Shown one piece after another: positions 44,734 through 58,700 of a DNA stretch of 64,000 bases (position 1 is its first letter; every line of letters begins with the position of its first letter). The notes below the pieces were generated by a model. It saw only the letters and a list, made by a program, of their open reading frames with translations. It was not told the origin of the DNA and did not search any database. The position numbers were made by a program, and so were the translations under genes. Location: assembly GCA_964016885.1 (NCBI GenBank), contig OZ024743.1, positions 378,014,001 through 378,078,000 of the forward strand, given 5' to 3'. This stretch comes from Eledone cirrhosa. Lineage: Eukaryota.

Positions 44734-47700
44734 GGTAGATGTCTGTCTGTGTGTGTATGAATTTTATGCATTTCCACATTTCTCTACCGATTTTGATGAA
44801 TTTTTTCCAATGTGCTCCAAATTTACCAGGGCAGGTCAACGCGTAATTATTTTTGCCAAACATTTCCTGCTTCTAGGAAAAAAAATCGATAAAACTAAAT
44901 ACATGCTGTAACCCTCTCTCTTACACGCTTCATTCCTCTCACTACAAATCAAAAATATATGAAACTACATACATGTTGCAACTCTCTTTAAAAGGTTCAT
45001 CCTTTCCTCTACTCCACTCTCAATCTTCTCTGCAACTCTCTTTAAAAGGTTCATCACTCTCTCTACCCGCCCCCCCCCCCCCCTCAATCTCCTCTGCAAC
45101 TCTTTTTAAAAGGTTACTGCCTCCGTCTACTACTCTATCACCATTACAATTTAGAACAACGACAAAATTCTTTTGAAGGAACGCGACACAAACTTTGAAA
45201 CCTAAGCAACACAACAACCATAGCTTTACTCTCTCCGTCGCTCTTCCCTCTCTCTACAATAGATTATTCCCCCTCTCTATAATTTAACTGCTTTACTCTC
45301 TTCATGCTTCTAAGTTTAACACTAGCTTCACTCTATCCATCGCTCTTCTCTCTGTATATAATAGATCATTTCCCCTATTCGTTCGGGAACGCGAAAAAAA
45401 CTTTGAGAACTAAGCAACACATCATTTTATACAACAAACAGTCATAACGACACTCATACATCAAATATCAAAATTTAAAAAGCCGATAACACTAAATACA
45501 TACTGTTCTCTCAACGTTACATTTTACATCAAATAACAAATATTCAAAAGCAACAGATGAATTTATAAAACAACAAACTCTCTGTCGCTCTTCACTCCCT
45601 ATATGGCAACACTGCAGAGAGAGAAACAATGTATATGATCAAATGGAGCGTTCCATATATACCCCCTCTCTATAATTTAACTGCTTTACTCTCTCTGTCG
45701 CTCTTCACTCCCTATATGACAACACTGCAGTGGAGCGTTCCGTATTGACATACGGCTTATCTGGGGCATTTTCACTCGGCTTATTGTAAATAACAACCCG
45801 CAAAATAACACTTCATATAACAGATTAATGCTATAGACCTATGAATCGGAATGTAACCCATGAACCTTTTCCTGGGCAAAATTATTCAAATAGACATGAC
45901 CTCATTGCCAGAGTGTTCAGACTGAAACTGGCTAAACTGATGGCTTTAATCAAAAAAAGGGTCAGGTATTTGGGGCTGTAAAATGTGACATGTTCACCGT
46001 CTAATGGCAAAAACGAGGGCTGCCACATGCTCACATTTTGATTTGGTTAGCTGATAAAATCAATTCAAGTGCCATAGACAGCTTCATTTCGGCTGAAATC
46101 ACTAACCCAGCAACTGACCAGGAATTACATGACATCGTCAAAGGTAACATGATTCATGGTCCGTGTGCGTCGGGTCCTAATGAGCATCACACGTATCTGA
46201 AAGGGGGGGGGGGGGGTCGTGCAGTAAGGGATACCCCAAAAATTTGTTGACCAGACTCAGACTGGTTGCGACGGGTATCCCCTGTACAGGCGGAGACGGC
46301 CCGAGAACGGTGGCTTCACCACAACAGTAAGGGGAGGTCAAGTCGACAATAGATGGGTGATCCCTTACTGCCCGCTTCTCTTGAAGATGTTCAATGCCCA
46401 AATCAACGTTGAGTTTTGCAACTCCGTCAAGTCGATAAAATACATATGCAAATATGTAAATAAGGGCTCTGATGCCGCAATGTTCGCATTTCAAGCTGAA
46501 AATAGCAAGGACGAGGTCACAGAAAACCTGGCGGGGCGGTACATCAGTAGCAATGAGGCTTTTTGGCGCCTATTTGGTTTACCCCTACACCAATGTCACC
46601 CCGCCATCGCACAGCTTGCGGTACATTTGGAAAATGGGCAAAGGGTTTACTTTATGGACCAAACCGCCGCCAAGTTGGCCACCGATCCGAAAGAGACCAC
46701 TCTGACGGGTTTCTTCAAACTTTGCCAGTTCGATTCATTTGCGCAAACAATTGTGTACCCCAGGTTCCATCCTACTTTATATGGTCGAAAAACACTTGGG
46801 TGCGAAGAAAGTCAGGTCAGGCTGCTGAAAGACATCTTGGTGTAAAATTTGACAGCTGTCTTGGAAGGGTTTAGACTGTGCCCCCCAAGTCAGCATGAGT
46901 GCTTTCATCTCCGCCTTCTTCTGCATGAAGTTATAGGCCCACAAAGTTTTCAGGACATCAAAACTGTTGATGGAGAAATATGTGATACATACCGGGAAGC
47001 CTGCTTTAAGCGAGGTCTTTTGGAAGATGATTCGCAATGGGATTCCACTTTAGCAGAGGGTGCTTTGTTGAAATCACCTAAAGGTCTACGGGAACTCTTT
47101 GCTATTTTGCTTCAAAAGTGTGAATTGGGTGATCCCAAATCTTTATGGGTCAAGTACAGAGACTTCATGTCTGAGGATTTCCTGCGCCTGGCTCATCTGC
47201 AGTATAGTTCAGTGGAAGTTGGTTACAGCGACATTATCTACAACAGGGCATTCATTGATATCGAGGACGCCCTCCTCGACATGGGTGGGAGTGAGTTGGC
47301 GACGTATGGCTTGCCGTCGACCGTCAGAGAGGAAGCTAACACGTTGGCCCCGGATTTGTTGCGTGAAACAGCATATGACATCAAATCTCTTTCCCAATAC
47401 TAAGAGGAAAATGAGCCCAAACTTCTGTCGGACCAAAGGTTGGCCTATTTAACTATCATTGACGCGGTTCAAAATCAGACTGGGGGTATTTACTTTCTCG
47501 ATTACCCCAGGGGTACCGGAAAAACTTATGTAACAAAATTGATTCTCGCTAAGATTCTTCAGGAGAAAAAAATTACGTTGGCCGTTGCATCGTCCGGGAT
47601 CGCTGCTACTTTGCTGCCGGGAGACAGGACAGCATATTCAACCTTTAAACTCGCCTTGGATTTAGTAAAAACTGAGACACCAACATGCAATATCAGCAAG

Positions 47701-49097
47701 AGTTCACACGAAGCTCTGGTTCTCAAAAAATGTTGCCTCATTGTTTGGGATGAGCGCACAATGGCACACAAGGGTGCCCTTGAGGCATTGGACAGGACCC
47801 TGAAAGACATTAGGGATTCTACGGCTCCTATGGGTGGCGTAACCCTTCTGCTATCAGGGGATTTTCGGCAAACACTGCCTGTCATCCCCAAAGGAACAAG
47901 AGATGATGAAGTGCGTGCCTTCCTTAAGTCGTCCATGTTGTGGCTCCAGGTGAATAGTTTGTACCTGAGCACAAATATGCGTGCTCATTTGCATGGTGAC
48001 AACATGTCTGCAGCATTTGCTCAGAACATTTTAGCACTTGGTGAGGGCAAGGTCCCTGCGGATGACAAGGGCGGAATAGCAATCGACTCCCTGTGCAACA
48101 TTGTGAGCAGCCCTTCTGACCTTTGGAAAGCAGTTTTTCCTAATGTCTCATCTAACTTTAAAAACCTCGATTGGCTCAGCAAAAGAGCCATCCTTGCTCC
48201 GAAAAATACCATGGTTAATTTTATTAACGAGCAGCTGATTGAGAAAATTCCCGGTAAAGAACACATCTTCAAATCTATCGACCGGACGTCAGACCCCGAC
48301 GATATCGTTAATTATCCGGTTGAGTTATTAAATTCCCTTGAGCCTCCAGGGCTCCCACCTCACATTCTTAAGCTTAGGGTTGGCTGTCCCATTATGCTAA
48401 TAAGGAACTTGCGTCCACCAAAGCAGTGCAACGGTACTCGTATGGCCGTCAAGTCACTGACGCCCACTTGATTGAGGCCACCATTGTAACGGGGTGCGGG
48501 AGAGGGGAGAATGTTTTCATTCCAAGGATGAACCTTTGCCCCTCGGCGTCAGATATCCCGTTCGATTTCCGGCGATCCCAATTTCAGGTGAGACCATGTT
48601 TTGCCATGTCCATTAACAAGTCACAAGGGCATTGTCGGTGGCGGGCATCCATTTGGGGGAGCAATGCTTCTCCCATGGCTAACTTTATGTTGCCTGTTCC
48701 CGCGTAGGGAGCAGGAATGGACTTTTTGCTCACACTCCTCAAGGGATGACACGCAATATCGTCTACAAAGAGGTGCTATAGATGTTGGTGCATGTGTTGG
48801 AGGTGTTGGAGCTATGGCGTTTGGAAAACTGGTAGGGTCACCCATAGCGGACAGATCTGACACCCAGCGGCATCAGGGCCACCATCTTGCAACTTTGGTC
48901 TACTAAATTCGCTATTGGAAGATTATTAACCCATCATTGATTGTCCAAAATGCTAATTGGTTCGTAACTATTAATAACCGGTTCAACTGCTTTATGCACT
49001 TAATTGATAAACTTATGCGCTTTCAAGATACGTTTACCTGTTTGTAACTTTTCATAGTAAATGAACAAACCCGAGCAACGCCGGGTTAAACTCCTAG
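44725..49097 (+). mobile_element. Helitron with decayed RepHel gene
   Basis: 3' end CCCGAGCAACGCCGGG hairpin plus CTAG (49094-49097) followed by T. The 5' end lies in a (TA)n tract and is shared with the next element. Confidence 0.9.
45855..48780 (+). pseudogene. Helitron Rep (HUH) plus Pif1 helicase coding region, with stops and frameshifts
   Basis: RHDLIARVF, *WQKRGLPHAHIL (HUH), IKYICKYVNKG, GRYISSNEAFWR, YPRGTGKT, IVWDE, GDFRQTLPV, STNMR, CNGTR, FAMSINKSQG. Confidence 0.9.
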
Positions 49098-49128
<31 letters not shown>

Positions 49129-50324
49129 GAAGATGTCTGTCTGTGTGTGTGTATGATTTTTATGCATTTCCACATTTCTCTATCGATTTCGATGATTTTT
49201 TTTCCAACGTGCTCCAAATTTACCAACGATGGTCAACGCGTAATAAACTTTGCCAAAAATGTTCTGCTTCTATGAAAAAATCGATAAAACTAAATACATG
49301 CTGTAACCTTCTCTCTTACACGCTTAATCCCTCTCTCTACTACCCTCAAAAATCGATGAAACTACATACATGTTGCAACTCTCTTTAAAAGGTTCATCCC
49401 CCCTCAACTCCCCTCTCCATCTCCTCTACTCCCCTCTCACATCAATTTATACAACAACAAAAATAGTCATAACGACGCTCATACATCAAATAACAAAACT
49501 TAAAAAGCCGGTAAAACTAAATACATTTCATTCAAAACATTTTCTAAGTGAGTAATATCTGTATACAAAAACTACAACGGTACGCCATGGGGCCCACCCC
49601 CAGCCCCGGCGGACAGAATGGAGAAGGCGTTTTCCCAGAGGACGGCAAGGAAGACGCGCTGGAAAAGCCACTCCAACTCGCGGGGCTGACACCTGCGGCT
49701 GGCCAGCTCAGCGCCTATGGTGGTGAGTAAGGAGGTGGCCCTGGGACCGAGGACACCGGAAGTCTTCACTGCCAGGAGTACGACCGCAAACCTGTCGGAG
49801 AGCGACCGGTATTTGACCATTACATTTTACATCAAATAACAAATATTGAAAAGCAACAGATGAATTTACACAACAAACGTAATCATAACGACGCTTAAGC
49901 ATTTATTTACCTGAATCTCAACAAAGACATTATATTTTATTGTTGTCCTTTTTGTAATATTTTTTTTTTTTTTAGCACTATGAGACAAAAAAATAATGAG
50001 AACATTTTTTTCAGGAACGTCTGATTTTGATGATTTTTTTTCCAGTGTGCTCCAAATTATCGCCCCTGTTTACGTTCTTTTGTGCTATAACTCAGACGAG
50101 CTTGGCTTACAGGTTTGACCTGCTATTTGACGTGCATTCTTCATACAACTTACTTAGTACTCACTTTCCACTTATTCACTGTTCAATTGAAATTTTTCGC
50201 TACCCCCTCCCCTTCCTTGCTTACCCGTATTTACTTTCTTTGCCTCAAAAATCATAATTGAGTGGAATCATTAAGAGTACTTTAAAGCAATTAAACTCCG
50301 AGCAACGCCGGGCACTTCTGCTAG
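49098..50324 (+). mobile_element. Non-autonomous Helitron in tandem with the previous one
   Basis: 5' part homologous to 44730-45000 and 45430-45575; 3' CCGAGCAACGCCGGG...CTAG at 50321-50324. Confidence 0.85.
49526..49820 (-). mobile_element. CRE-like LINE 3' end nested in the Helitron
   Basis: KY...F...AVKTSG.LGP.A...IG..L...PRE..WLFQRV.LAV...NA.SIL; absent from the homologous site in the first Helitron. Confidence 0.7.
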
Positions 50325-50341
50325 TATATATATATATATAT

Positions 50342-51498
50342 AGGGCACATACAATTCCCGAGATCAATGGACAAGTTCTCTCCAGCAATATCTGTCCTTC
50401 ATCATCGCTGCCACGTCCTGCAAATCCCGGTGACAACACATATCATCTTTGGTTTTCTTCTTCCAGTGTGTCCATGTAGGGGCGGGCTCCCATAAGACCA
50501 CTGAGTGTAGTGTCAGCTCCGAATGTCAGTGAGCGTGTCCAGCTAACCTCAGTCTTCTCTGTGTCAATTGCGAGCTAACTTTTGGGAGGCTGCCGTATAG
50601 CTCTGAGTTCTTCATCCTCAGTGCATACTGGTTAATGTTCAGAGCCAACCTCAGCATCCTCGTGTAGCACCCATCCACTAGCTGAGTTAATCTCTTGGTC
50701 AGTGTCCAAGTCTCAGATCCGTACAGCACCACAGACTTCATTGTAGCAACAAAAAGACAGATCTTCAGGTCTTTATGAAGGTCCAACTTCCACGCTGACC
50801 TCAAACTGTGGCATGCTACCCAGGCTTTGCTCTTCCTCTCCACTACATCATCGTCTGTGTTCCCAAACTCTGCTCCCAGATACAGGTAGTCCTTAATCAA
50901 CTCTAGCGGCTTCTCGCCCACGTTCATAATCTCTGGCTCTTTGATGTTCTCGATCATACTCTTGTTTATTCTTAGCCACACACTCATCGACACAGTCTCC
51001 ATCTCTTGCATCAACTGCTCAGTCTCCTTCACTGTGTTTGTCACCAGAGCTATGTCGTCAGCAAATTCAGCATCTGATATCTTTTTAGCCTTAACTCTCC
51101 CACTCTGAGCCGGTGTTACAGTGAAGCCCAAGTTCCAGTACCAAAGAAGGGAGATCTCTCTGATACCAACAACTACCAGGGCATCTTACTGATGTCACTT
51201 GTGGCAAAGACCCTCAACAGGATGATTCATAACAGGATCCAGCTCGGGATGGAAAAGAAGCTCAGGGACAACCAGATAGGCTTCAGAGAAGGAAGATCAA
51301 CCACTAGTCACATCCTGATGCTGAGGAGAATTCTAGAGGGGGCTAGAGCAAAGAGCCCTCCTGCTGTCATGGTTTTCATTGACTTCAGGAAGGCCTTTGA
51401 TTCTGTGGACCGAAATTGCCTGATGTAGATCTTACAGGCTTATGGAATCCCCAACAAGATAGTAGATCAAGTAGATATCACTGCTCTACACCAACACC
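50342..51498. mobile_element. RTE-type LINE with inverted 5' segment
   Basis: 50342-51131 on minus encodes FADD...YLYLG...LYGSETW...RRLRLAGH. 51132-51498 on plus encodes VPVPKKGD...QIGFR.GRST...FIDFRKAFDSV. Confidence 0.85.
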
Positions 51499-51969
51499 AT
51501 ATATATATATATATGTGAATGTTTCTGCCCAGCACTAATATTGCATCCATAAAATTGTATAACTTTCAATTCATTATCAGAAAGTTACTATTCTTTCAAA
51601 AAATATTTAATTATTGTAACACATTTAACACCTTATTCTGGTGACTTGCTATGTAGTTGGATAAGTTATTCATATTATCTATTATCCTTAAATGACTCTG
51701 TTCTTGAGTGTTTTGTCAGATTTTATATCAGAGTGACCTTCTCTCGCTCCACAAAAAAAAATCTTTATTATATGGCCATTGACTTTCCTAAGTTCCTCCG
51801 TCTTTTGACGAGTCTTGATTTTCTTCCTGCAAGGTGTACAAAATCACTCACCTCACCCAGAAAGTTTGGTGGGGTGTCGTTTTAATCGCTGATGACCCAA
51901 GCATGCACAGGTTGTACTGGGTTACATATTACCAGTAGCCCTGAAGAACGACCTGACATAATATATATG

Positions 51970-52005
<36 letters not shown>

Positions 52006-52389
52006 AGCTGACGGCCGTATGTATGTAACAAACTTTTTGCCAAACTGCTGAACCAAACAGCACCAAATTTGCACCATAGATGTAACTTTTTCCAACTAAG
52101 AAAGTGAGGGTATTTTTGTCTACTAAATTTAGTTAAAAGATTAAAGATATTTTATTGTTTATTTAAATATCCACTTCTTTACAATTTTCAAATGTCAACA
52201 CTTCCGCTTAGCGATCTCTCTCTTTCTTAGTCTGTCTTTTTAGATAGATACATAGCTATAACGTTGTGCCCTTATAATATCTGTCTGTATGTCTGGCTAT
52301 CTGCATTACGAAAACCATTCTGTACATTGACTTTGTGATCTGTGTGTGTGTGTATATATGTATATATAGTGTGTGTATATATATATATA

Positions 52390-53905
52390 TTTGACAGAGT
52401 TCCACGTGCAGTAATCTGGTGGGCTCTTAGAAAACTAGGAGTAGATGAATGGCTTGTGAAAGCGGTACAAGCCATGTATAGGGGAGCAGTCAGCAAAGTT
52501 AGGATTGGCAATGAGTATAGCGAGGAATTTAGCGTACAGGTTGGGGTCCACCAGGGCTCTGTTCTTAGCCCTCTCCTGTTCATCATAGTCCTGCAGGCAA
52601 TAACGGAGGAGTTTAAGACCGGATGCCCATGGGAACTCCTGTATGCTGATGACCTCGCACTCATAGCTGAATCTATGGTAGAACTAGAGAATAAATTCCA
52701 AACCTGGAAGCAGGGACTAGAGAGAAAGGGCCTCAAAGTCAACATGACAAAGACTAAGGTCCTTATAAGTAGACGAGAAAACAGAACCCAGATCCCCTCA
52801 GGGAAATGGCCTTGCTCAGTATGTAGGAAAGGTGTAGGTAGGAACTCCATTCTTTGCCCCAAATGCAAACAATGGGTACACAAGAGATGTAGCGGGATCT
52901 CAGGAAGCTTAATTAAGAATGTAGGATTCACATGCAGCAGCTATGCTGAAACAGCAAGCAAACAGCCACAGGAAACAAGTACCACCAATCTCTGGGAGGG
53001 CCCTGTAGAAACAGTAGACAGCTTCTGCTACCTAGGTGACCGAATTAGCAACGGAGGTGGGTGCTCAGAAAGTACAATAACTAGGGTAAGAACGGGATGG
53101 AAGAAGTTTAGGGAACTACTACCACTGCTAGCTGCAAAAGGCTTCTCCCTCAGAATGAAAGGCAGACTGTATGATGCGTGTATCCGAACAGCGATGTTGC
53201 ATGGTAGTGAGACCTGGGCGCTGAAGGTGGAAGACTTACGTAGATTAGAGAGAAACGAAGCCTGCATGCTCCGATGGATGTGTAACAGTAATATACGTGA
53301 ACGACAAAGCATAAATGAATTGAGAGAGAGACTGAGCATAAGAGGAATCAAATGCTGCGTGCAGGAGAGGCGGTTACGCTGGTATGGACATGTGATGCGT
53401 ATGAAGGATGACAGCTGCATAAAAAGGTGCAGAGCACTAGAAGTTGATGGAAACCGCGGAGTGGGGAGACCCAAGATGACTTGGGATGAGGTGATAAAAG
53501 CCGACCTTACCCAACTACACCTCTCAAAGTCAATGACACACGACCGTGACTTCTGGCGTCACACAGTAATACAGGGTACCCGACCTCCCATGGGTACATG
53601 CTGAAGCATATAAACAATATGCCCCCCCCCCCCACCGCAAGGTGGTCGTGGAGGTGCCACGGCAAAAAAGCACCCAGCCCACACTGTAAAGTGGACGTGT
53701 AGGCGCCACGAAAAAGCACCCAGCACTCACTGTAAATGAGGTTGGTGTTAGGAAGGGCATCCAGCTGTAGAAATCAAGCCAGATCAGTTCCTGTATGAGC
53801 AAGGCATGGTCAGCCGACCAGACACTGCCCACAACAGGACAACCCGTCTAACCCATGCTAGCGTGGAAGAACGGACGTAAAACGGTGATGATGATGATGA
53901 TGATG
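52390..53905 (+). mobile_element. 5'-truncated RTE LINE with uninterrupted RT C-terminal ORF (to 53604), structured 3' UTR and (GAT)n tail
   Basis: FDRVP, GVHQGSVLSPLLF, LLYADD, Cys/His finger CSVC...CPKC..WVHKRC, YLGD, MLHGSETW, RWYGHV. Confidence 0.92.
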
Positions 53906-54319
53906 ATATATATATATATATATAGTGTTAGTATCATAAATAAGAGACAGTTTAATTTGTACATTTTATTACAGCATTCCTTTATACTTATATATACATA
54001 CATAAACATGTTATTTACAGTTGTATAAAAAGAAGTATAATTGTTTCTACAAGGCCAGCAATTATCCCAGTACATTACTGGTACTTTATTATATATTATA
54101 TATATAATACAACATTCCTCTCTCTTTCTTACTCTGTCTCATTAATACTATACTATACTATATATTTTTAACAATAATACTATACTATATGTTTTCAACA
54201 GTAATACTATACTATACTATATATTTTCAACAGTAATACTATATATACTACACAGACGACTTATCTGTTTATCCAAGCGAAGCTAGATACGTCAACTATA
54301 TATACATATATATGGATGT

Positions 54320-54368
54320 CGTAGAACACGCCAATGGTTGCCGGGCGCCAACCGGACGGGCCAGCTAG
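54320..54368 (+). mobile_element. Helitron-like 3' terminus
   Basis: GC-rich subterminal palindrome-like sequence, then CTAG|T into (TA)n. A possible 5' part lies near 52000-52330. Confidence 0.5.
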
Positions 54369-54387
54369 TATATATATATACAATTGT

Positions 54388-54982
54388 CTGATCCGGACCA
54401 ATTCTGATCAGGCCGGATCAGGCAAAACCGGATCAGACTGGATCGGATCAAACCAGATCAGACCAGCCCAGATAAAACTGGGCTGGATAAAACCAGATAA
54501 AACCTGACAGATCAGATCAAACAGGGTTAGATCAAACCGAATTGGATCAAACCAGATCAGATCAAACCAGATTGGATCAGATAAGATAAGACTGCATTGG
54601 TTCAAATTGGACCAGATCAAACCAGATTATCAAATTGGACTGAGTCTGACCAGATCGGATCAAACCAAACCAGATCAAATATGATGAGGCCGGATTGGAT
54701 CAAATCGGACCAGATCAGATCAAACCAGACTGGATCAGACCAAGATCAGGTTGGATCGGATTGCTCCAGACAATATTGGGCTGGATTGGATTAGACCAGA
54801 TCGGGTCAGACAGGATCAGATTTGATTGCTTTGGACCAGATTGAGCCAAATCAGATCAGTTTGAACCGGAACAAAATTGTCCAGATTGAATCAAAATGGT
54901 CAGGTCAAATCAGACTGTATTGGCCTGAGTCAGATTGGACTGTCCAATGCAATCCAGTCTGATCTGATTCGGCCAAATCTAA
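54388..54982. repeat. Degenerate pentamer satellite (GATCA/GACCA/AACCA/GATTG units)
   Basis: 5-nt periodicity visible over ~600 bp. Confidence 0.85.
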
Positions 54983-55765
54983 TAGATGAAGAGTTGTTGT
55001 GATATATGTATGGCCACTGCCTTTGGTTGTTGTTCTTGGTGTCACACCTTTTAACTGTTGTGTTTACTCTGGATGGTAATGTAGTGACACATCACTCTAT
55101 TGAGTGCTTTGTGATTACCTCAAACAACTCGAGTAGTACCTGCTATATGGCAGCTACAACTTTGATTCATACCTAATATAATAATTATATATATATTTTA
55201 TTTATATATATATTTATATATATATTTGTTGTGTCCCAATGTGCACTGCAATGAACGGTATCAACCTTATTCACCAAAATCTTATTGATTTGAATGAGTT
55301 GTTTTTCCCATTGTCTATGTCCTATTTTGAATACACACACACACACACACACGCCACTATTTGACTGCTATTTCTAGCAGGTCGAGTAACCTGGCCATGT
55401 AGATGCTGTTTCACCTCACTTTATTGGCCTCCTCATGTTTGTGATGTGTATGCAGCAGTAAGTCACTATAAAATTAGACCTTCTAATTAAAACAACTTTA
55501 AAAAACAATGAAACAAGGTACATAATAAATTATCTAAATATCGAAACTGATCAATAACATATCCAGTTTTAGAAGTGAGAGAGGATTAGAAATGAGTCAA
55601 ATCAGCACACGACATGCCATCAATCAAAAAAACTGAAGTGTAATGGTGTTGCTGTTGTTGTTTTTTGTTGTTGCTCTTGTTGTTGTTTGTTGTTGATGTT
55701 ATTGGTAATATTCTTGTTTATGTTGTTAGCTTTACTTCAGATTTATCATTATTATTATTGTTATT

Positions 55766-58700
55766 CCTTGAATCTCAGTCATTGATGTTGGTTAACTGGA
55801 AAGTCCGTTGGATTGAATATCAAGCCACTACCTGCAGCCTCAGATATTCAGGACGTATCGGAGGGTTCTTGCCGTTCCAAGCAAGCATGCCTTTTGAAGC
55901 GTTCCAAAAAGCGTGAAGGGGCCGATTTTCTTTAACCATCCCTGGAAACCTTTGGAGATAGTCCCCAGTGCGCCTATGACAATCGGGATCACTTTGACTT
56001 CATGGCAGTTCCAAATCCTTTTCACCTCCCACTTTAGGTCCTGGTATCGGTTAATTTTCTCCCTCTCCTTCTCTTGCACTCTCGTGTCGAACGGGCAGGC
56101 CACATCCACAATCAGGCACGATCTTTTTTCTTTGTCCACAACCACCAGGTCAGGTCTATTGTGTTCCAGTTTTTTGTCCGTCTGTATCCTAAAATCCCAC
56201 AGCACCTTCACCTGACTGTTCTCCATCACCGCCTCTGGCCTATGCTCATACCATTTCTCAGAATGTGGTAGATTGTTTACTTTGCACAGGTGCCAGTGGA
56301 TCACCCTGCCCATCACATCGTGTCTCCAGCCCTTATAGTGGGTCTGGGCTAGGTGTTTACACTCGGACACAATGTGAGCCACAGTCTCCTCTCTCTCTCC
56401 ACAGATCCTGCACAGTGGGCTAGCCTCCTCCTTGTAGATATGGTGCTTCAACCACTTCGTTTTGAGGGCCTGCTCCTGCGCAGCCATTAGCATTCCTTCT
56501 GTAGCCTTTTTGAGGTCTCCTCTTCTCAACCAGTTCCATGTCTGTGGATCTCTAAATTCAGTTTTCTCAAAGAAGGTACTATGAAGGGATTTTCCCTTAA
56601 GGCTGCTCTTCCTCCTTGATGTTATTTCCTCCTTGGGTATCCCCTGGCCTACTCTCCCCTCCTTCAGTACAGCTCTGAGCATTGGCTCCTTACTATAGGT
56701 CACGTATTTGTATAGGTTGTTTTTCTCCATCTGAACACAGTCCTCTATGCTGATAAGACCTCTTCCACCCTCAGATCTCCTTAGGTAGAGTCTATCGACA
56801 TCACTCCTCTTGTGGAACATGTTGTAGATAGTCAATAGCTTCCTAGTCTTCCTATCCATTTCTTTTTGTTCAGCAACATTCCATCTCAGAATTCCCGCAC
56901 TGTACCTAATAATAGACACAGCTCGGGAATTTACTGCGCTTATGGCATTTCTGCTGTTCAGATGTGACTTCAATACGCTCCTTACTCTCCGAATGTATTC
57001 AGTTCTTAACAATTCCTTCATTTTTTTGTTCTTTATGCCATCAGCCTCCAGAACGCCCAAATACTTGTATCCTTCCTCAGAGTCAATTTCCTTTATCATC
57101 TCACCTGTTGGTATCTGGATCCCGTTACTTCTGCTCAACCTACCCCTCCTCATCACAATAACTCCACATTTACCAATACCAAACTGCATACATATATCAC
57201 TGCTGAAAATACGGACAGTGTCAACAAGCACATCCAACTCCTTCTCACTTTTCCCGAAGAGCTTAAGATCGTCCATGAAGAGGAGGTGATTGATGGTAAG
57301 CTCTCCCCTTCCCAACTTGTATCCTGCTCTCACTTTTCGCAGCATAATGGTCAAGGGCATCAGGGCAAGGACAAACAACAGAGGGGACAGGCTATCTCCC
57401 TGGAAGATACCTCTCTTGATCTTCACGCTTCCCAAGGATACTCCAGTTGATGTCAACTCTGTCTCCCAGGACCCCATACTCCTGCCCAGCAACTCTCTGA
57501 TGTTATCTGCCACCCTGAAGATCTCCAGGCTTTTGGTGATCCAGGAATGAGGCACCATGTCAAATGCCTTTCTGTAGTCTATCCATCCCATGGCAAGATC
57601 AGTGTGTCTCCTCCTGCAATTCCCCATTACCATCTTATCAATAAGCAACTGGTCCTTTGTACCACGTGACTTCTTTCGGCATCCTTTCTGTTCGTCCGGC
57701 AACAAGTTGTTTGTGTGGAGGTGATGGTAGATTTCCTCAGACACAATGCTCGTCAACAGTTTCCACATTACGGGCAGACATGTGATAGGTCTATAGTTGG
57801 TAACATCATTACCCTTGATTCGGTCTTTCATTATCAGAACTGTGGTACCTTTTGTCAACCACTCTGGCACCTCACCCGACACCAAGCAGTCATTGAACAT
57901 GGCCGTCAGCTTCGGGTGGAGGGATGTTAAATGTTTAATCCAATACCCCTGCACACCATCTGGGCCTGGTGATTTCCAGTTGGTTAGTTTTTTGGCTTGC
58001 CCCTTAAGAGTTTCAACTGTGATACTCAAATCAGTCTGTTGCTGTGCCTGCTCACCGATCTCCCTCTGTACTGTCTCAATCCACCCTGCCTGGGCATTGT
58101 GTCTAACATCCTGCTCCCATATTCCTCTCCAGAATGTTTTAGCTTGTTCCGCCCCAGGGATCAAGTCGGTGCCTCTTTCTTTCCCCTCAAGCTGTCCAAA
58201 CAGCATCTTCTGGTTGTTGTCGAACATGCGGTTCTGTTTATACTGACTGACTCTGTTCTCGTATCGCCTGATTTTGGCACTCTTTGCTACAATGCGTTGC
58301 TTCAATTCCTCTATGATAATATTTAGCTTTTTACTCCTAGTTTTGTATTTTATTTCCAGTCTATTTTTAGTGCCTATGTTTTTTAGTGTCCCATTCAGTA
58401 GTGACTCAAGCTTTCCTATGTCATTTCTCATTTCCCCGATTTGCCCACTCAGTCGCTTCTTCCACCACGGCTCTGCTCTTTCTTGTCTGTTGTTTCCTCT
58501 CGCTTTTATACCTAGTAGTTTCCTCACCGTATTTGCTGTTGCTTTGAGGATATTGTTGCACTGGTGAAGACTCCTCGCCTCAAGGTATGGGATGACTTTG
58601 TTTACCTTAGCTGTTGTTTCTTTTAACTTTTTCCTGTCTACAAATCTTAGGTTCATAGGTCTCCCACTATCATTGTTCAACTCATCTACCACTAAATTTA

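Noticed and set aside
51889-51950. CTGATGA and CTGAAGA as plus-strand hammerhead cores
   Set aside because: No properly placed stem II-GAAA-stem III.
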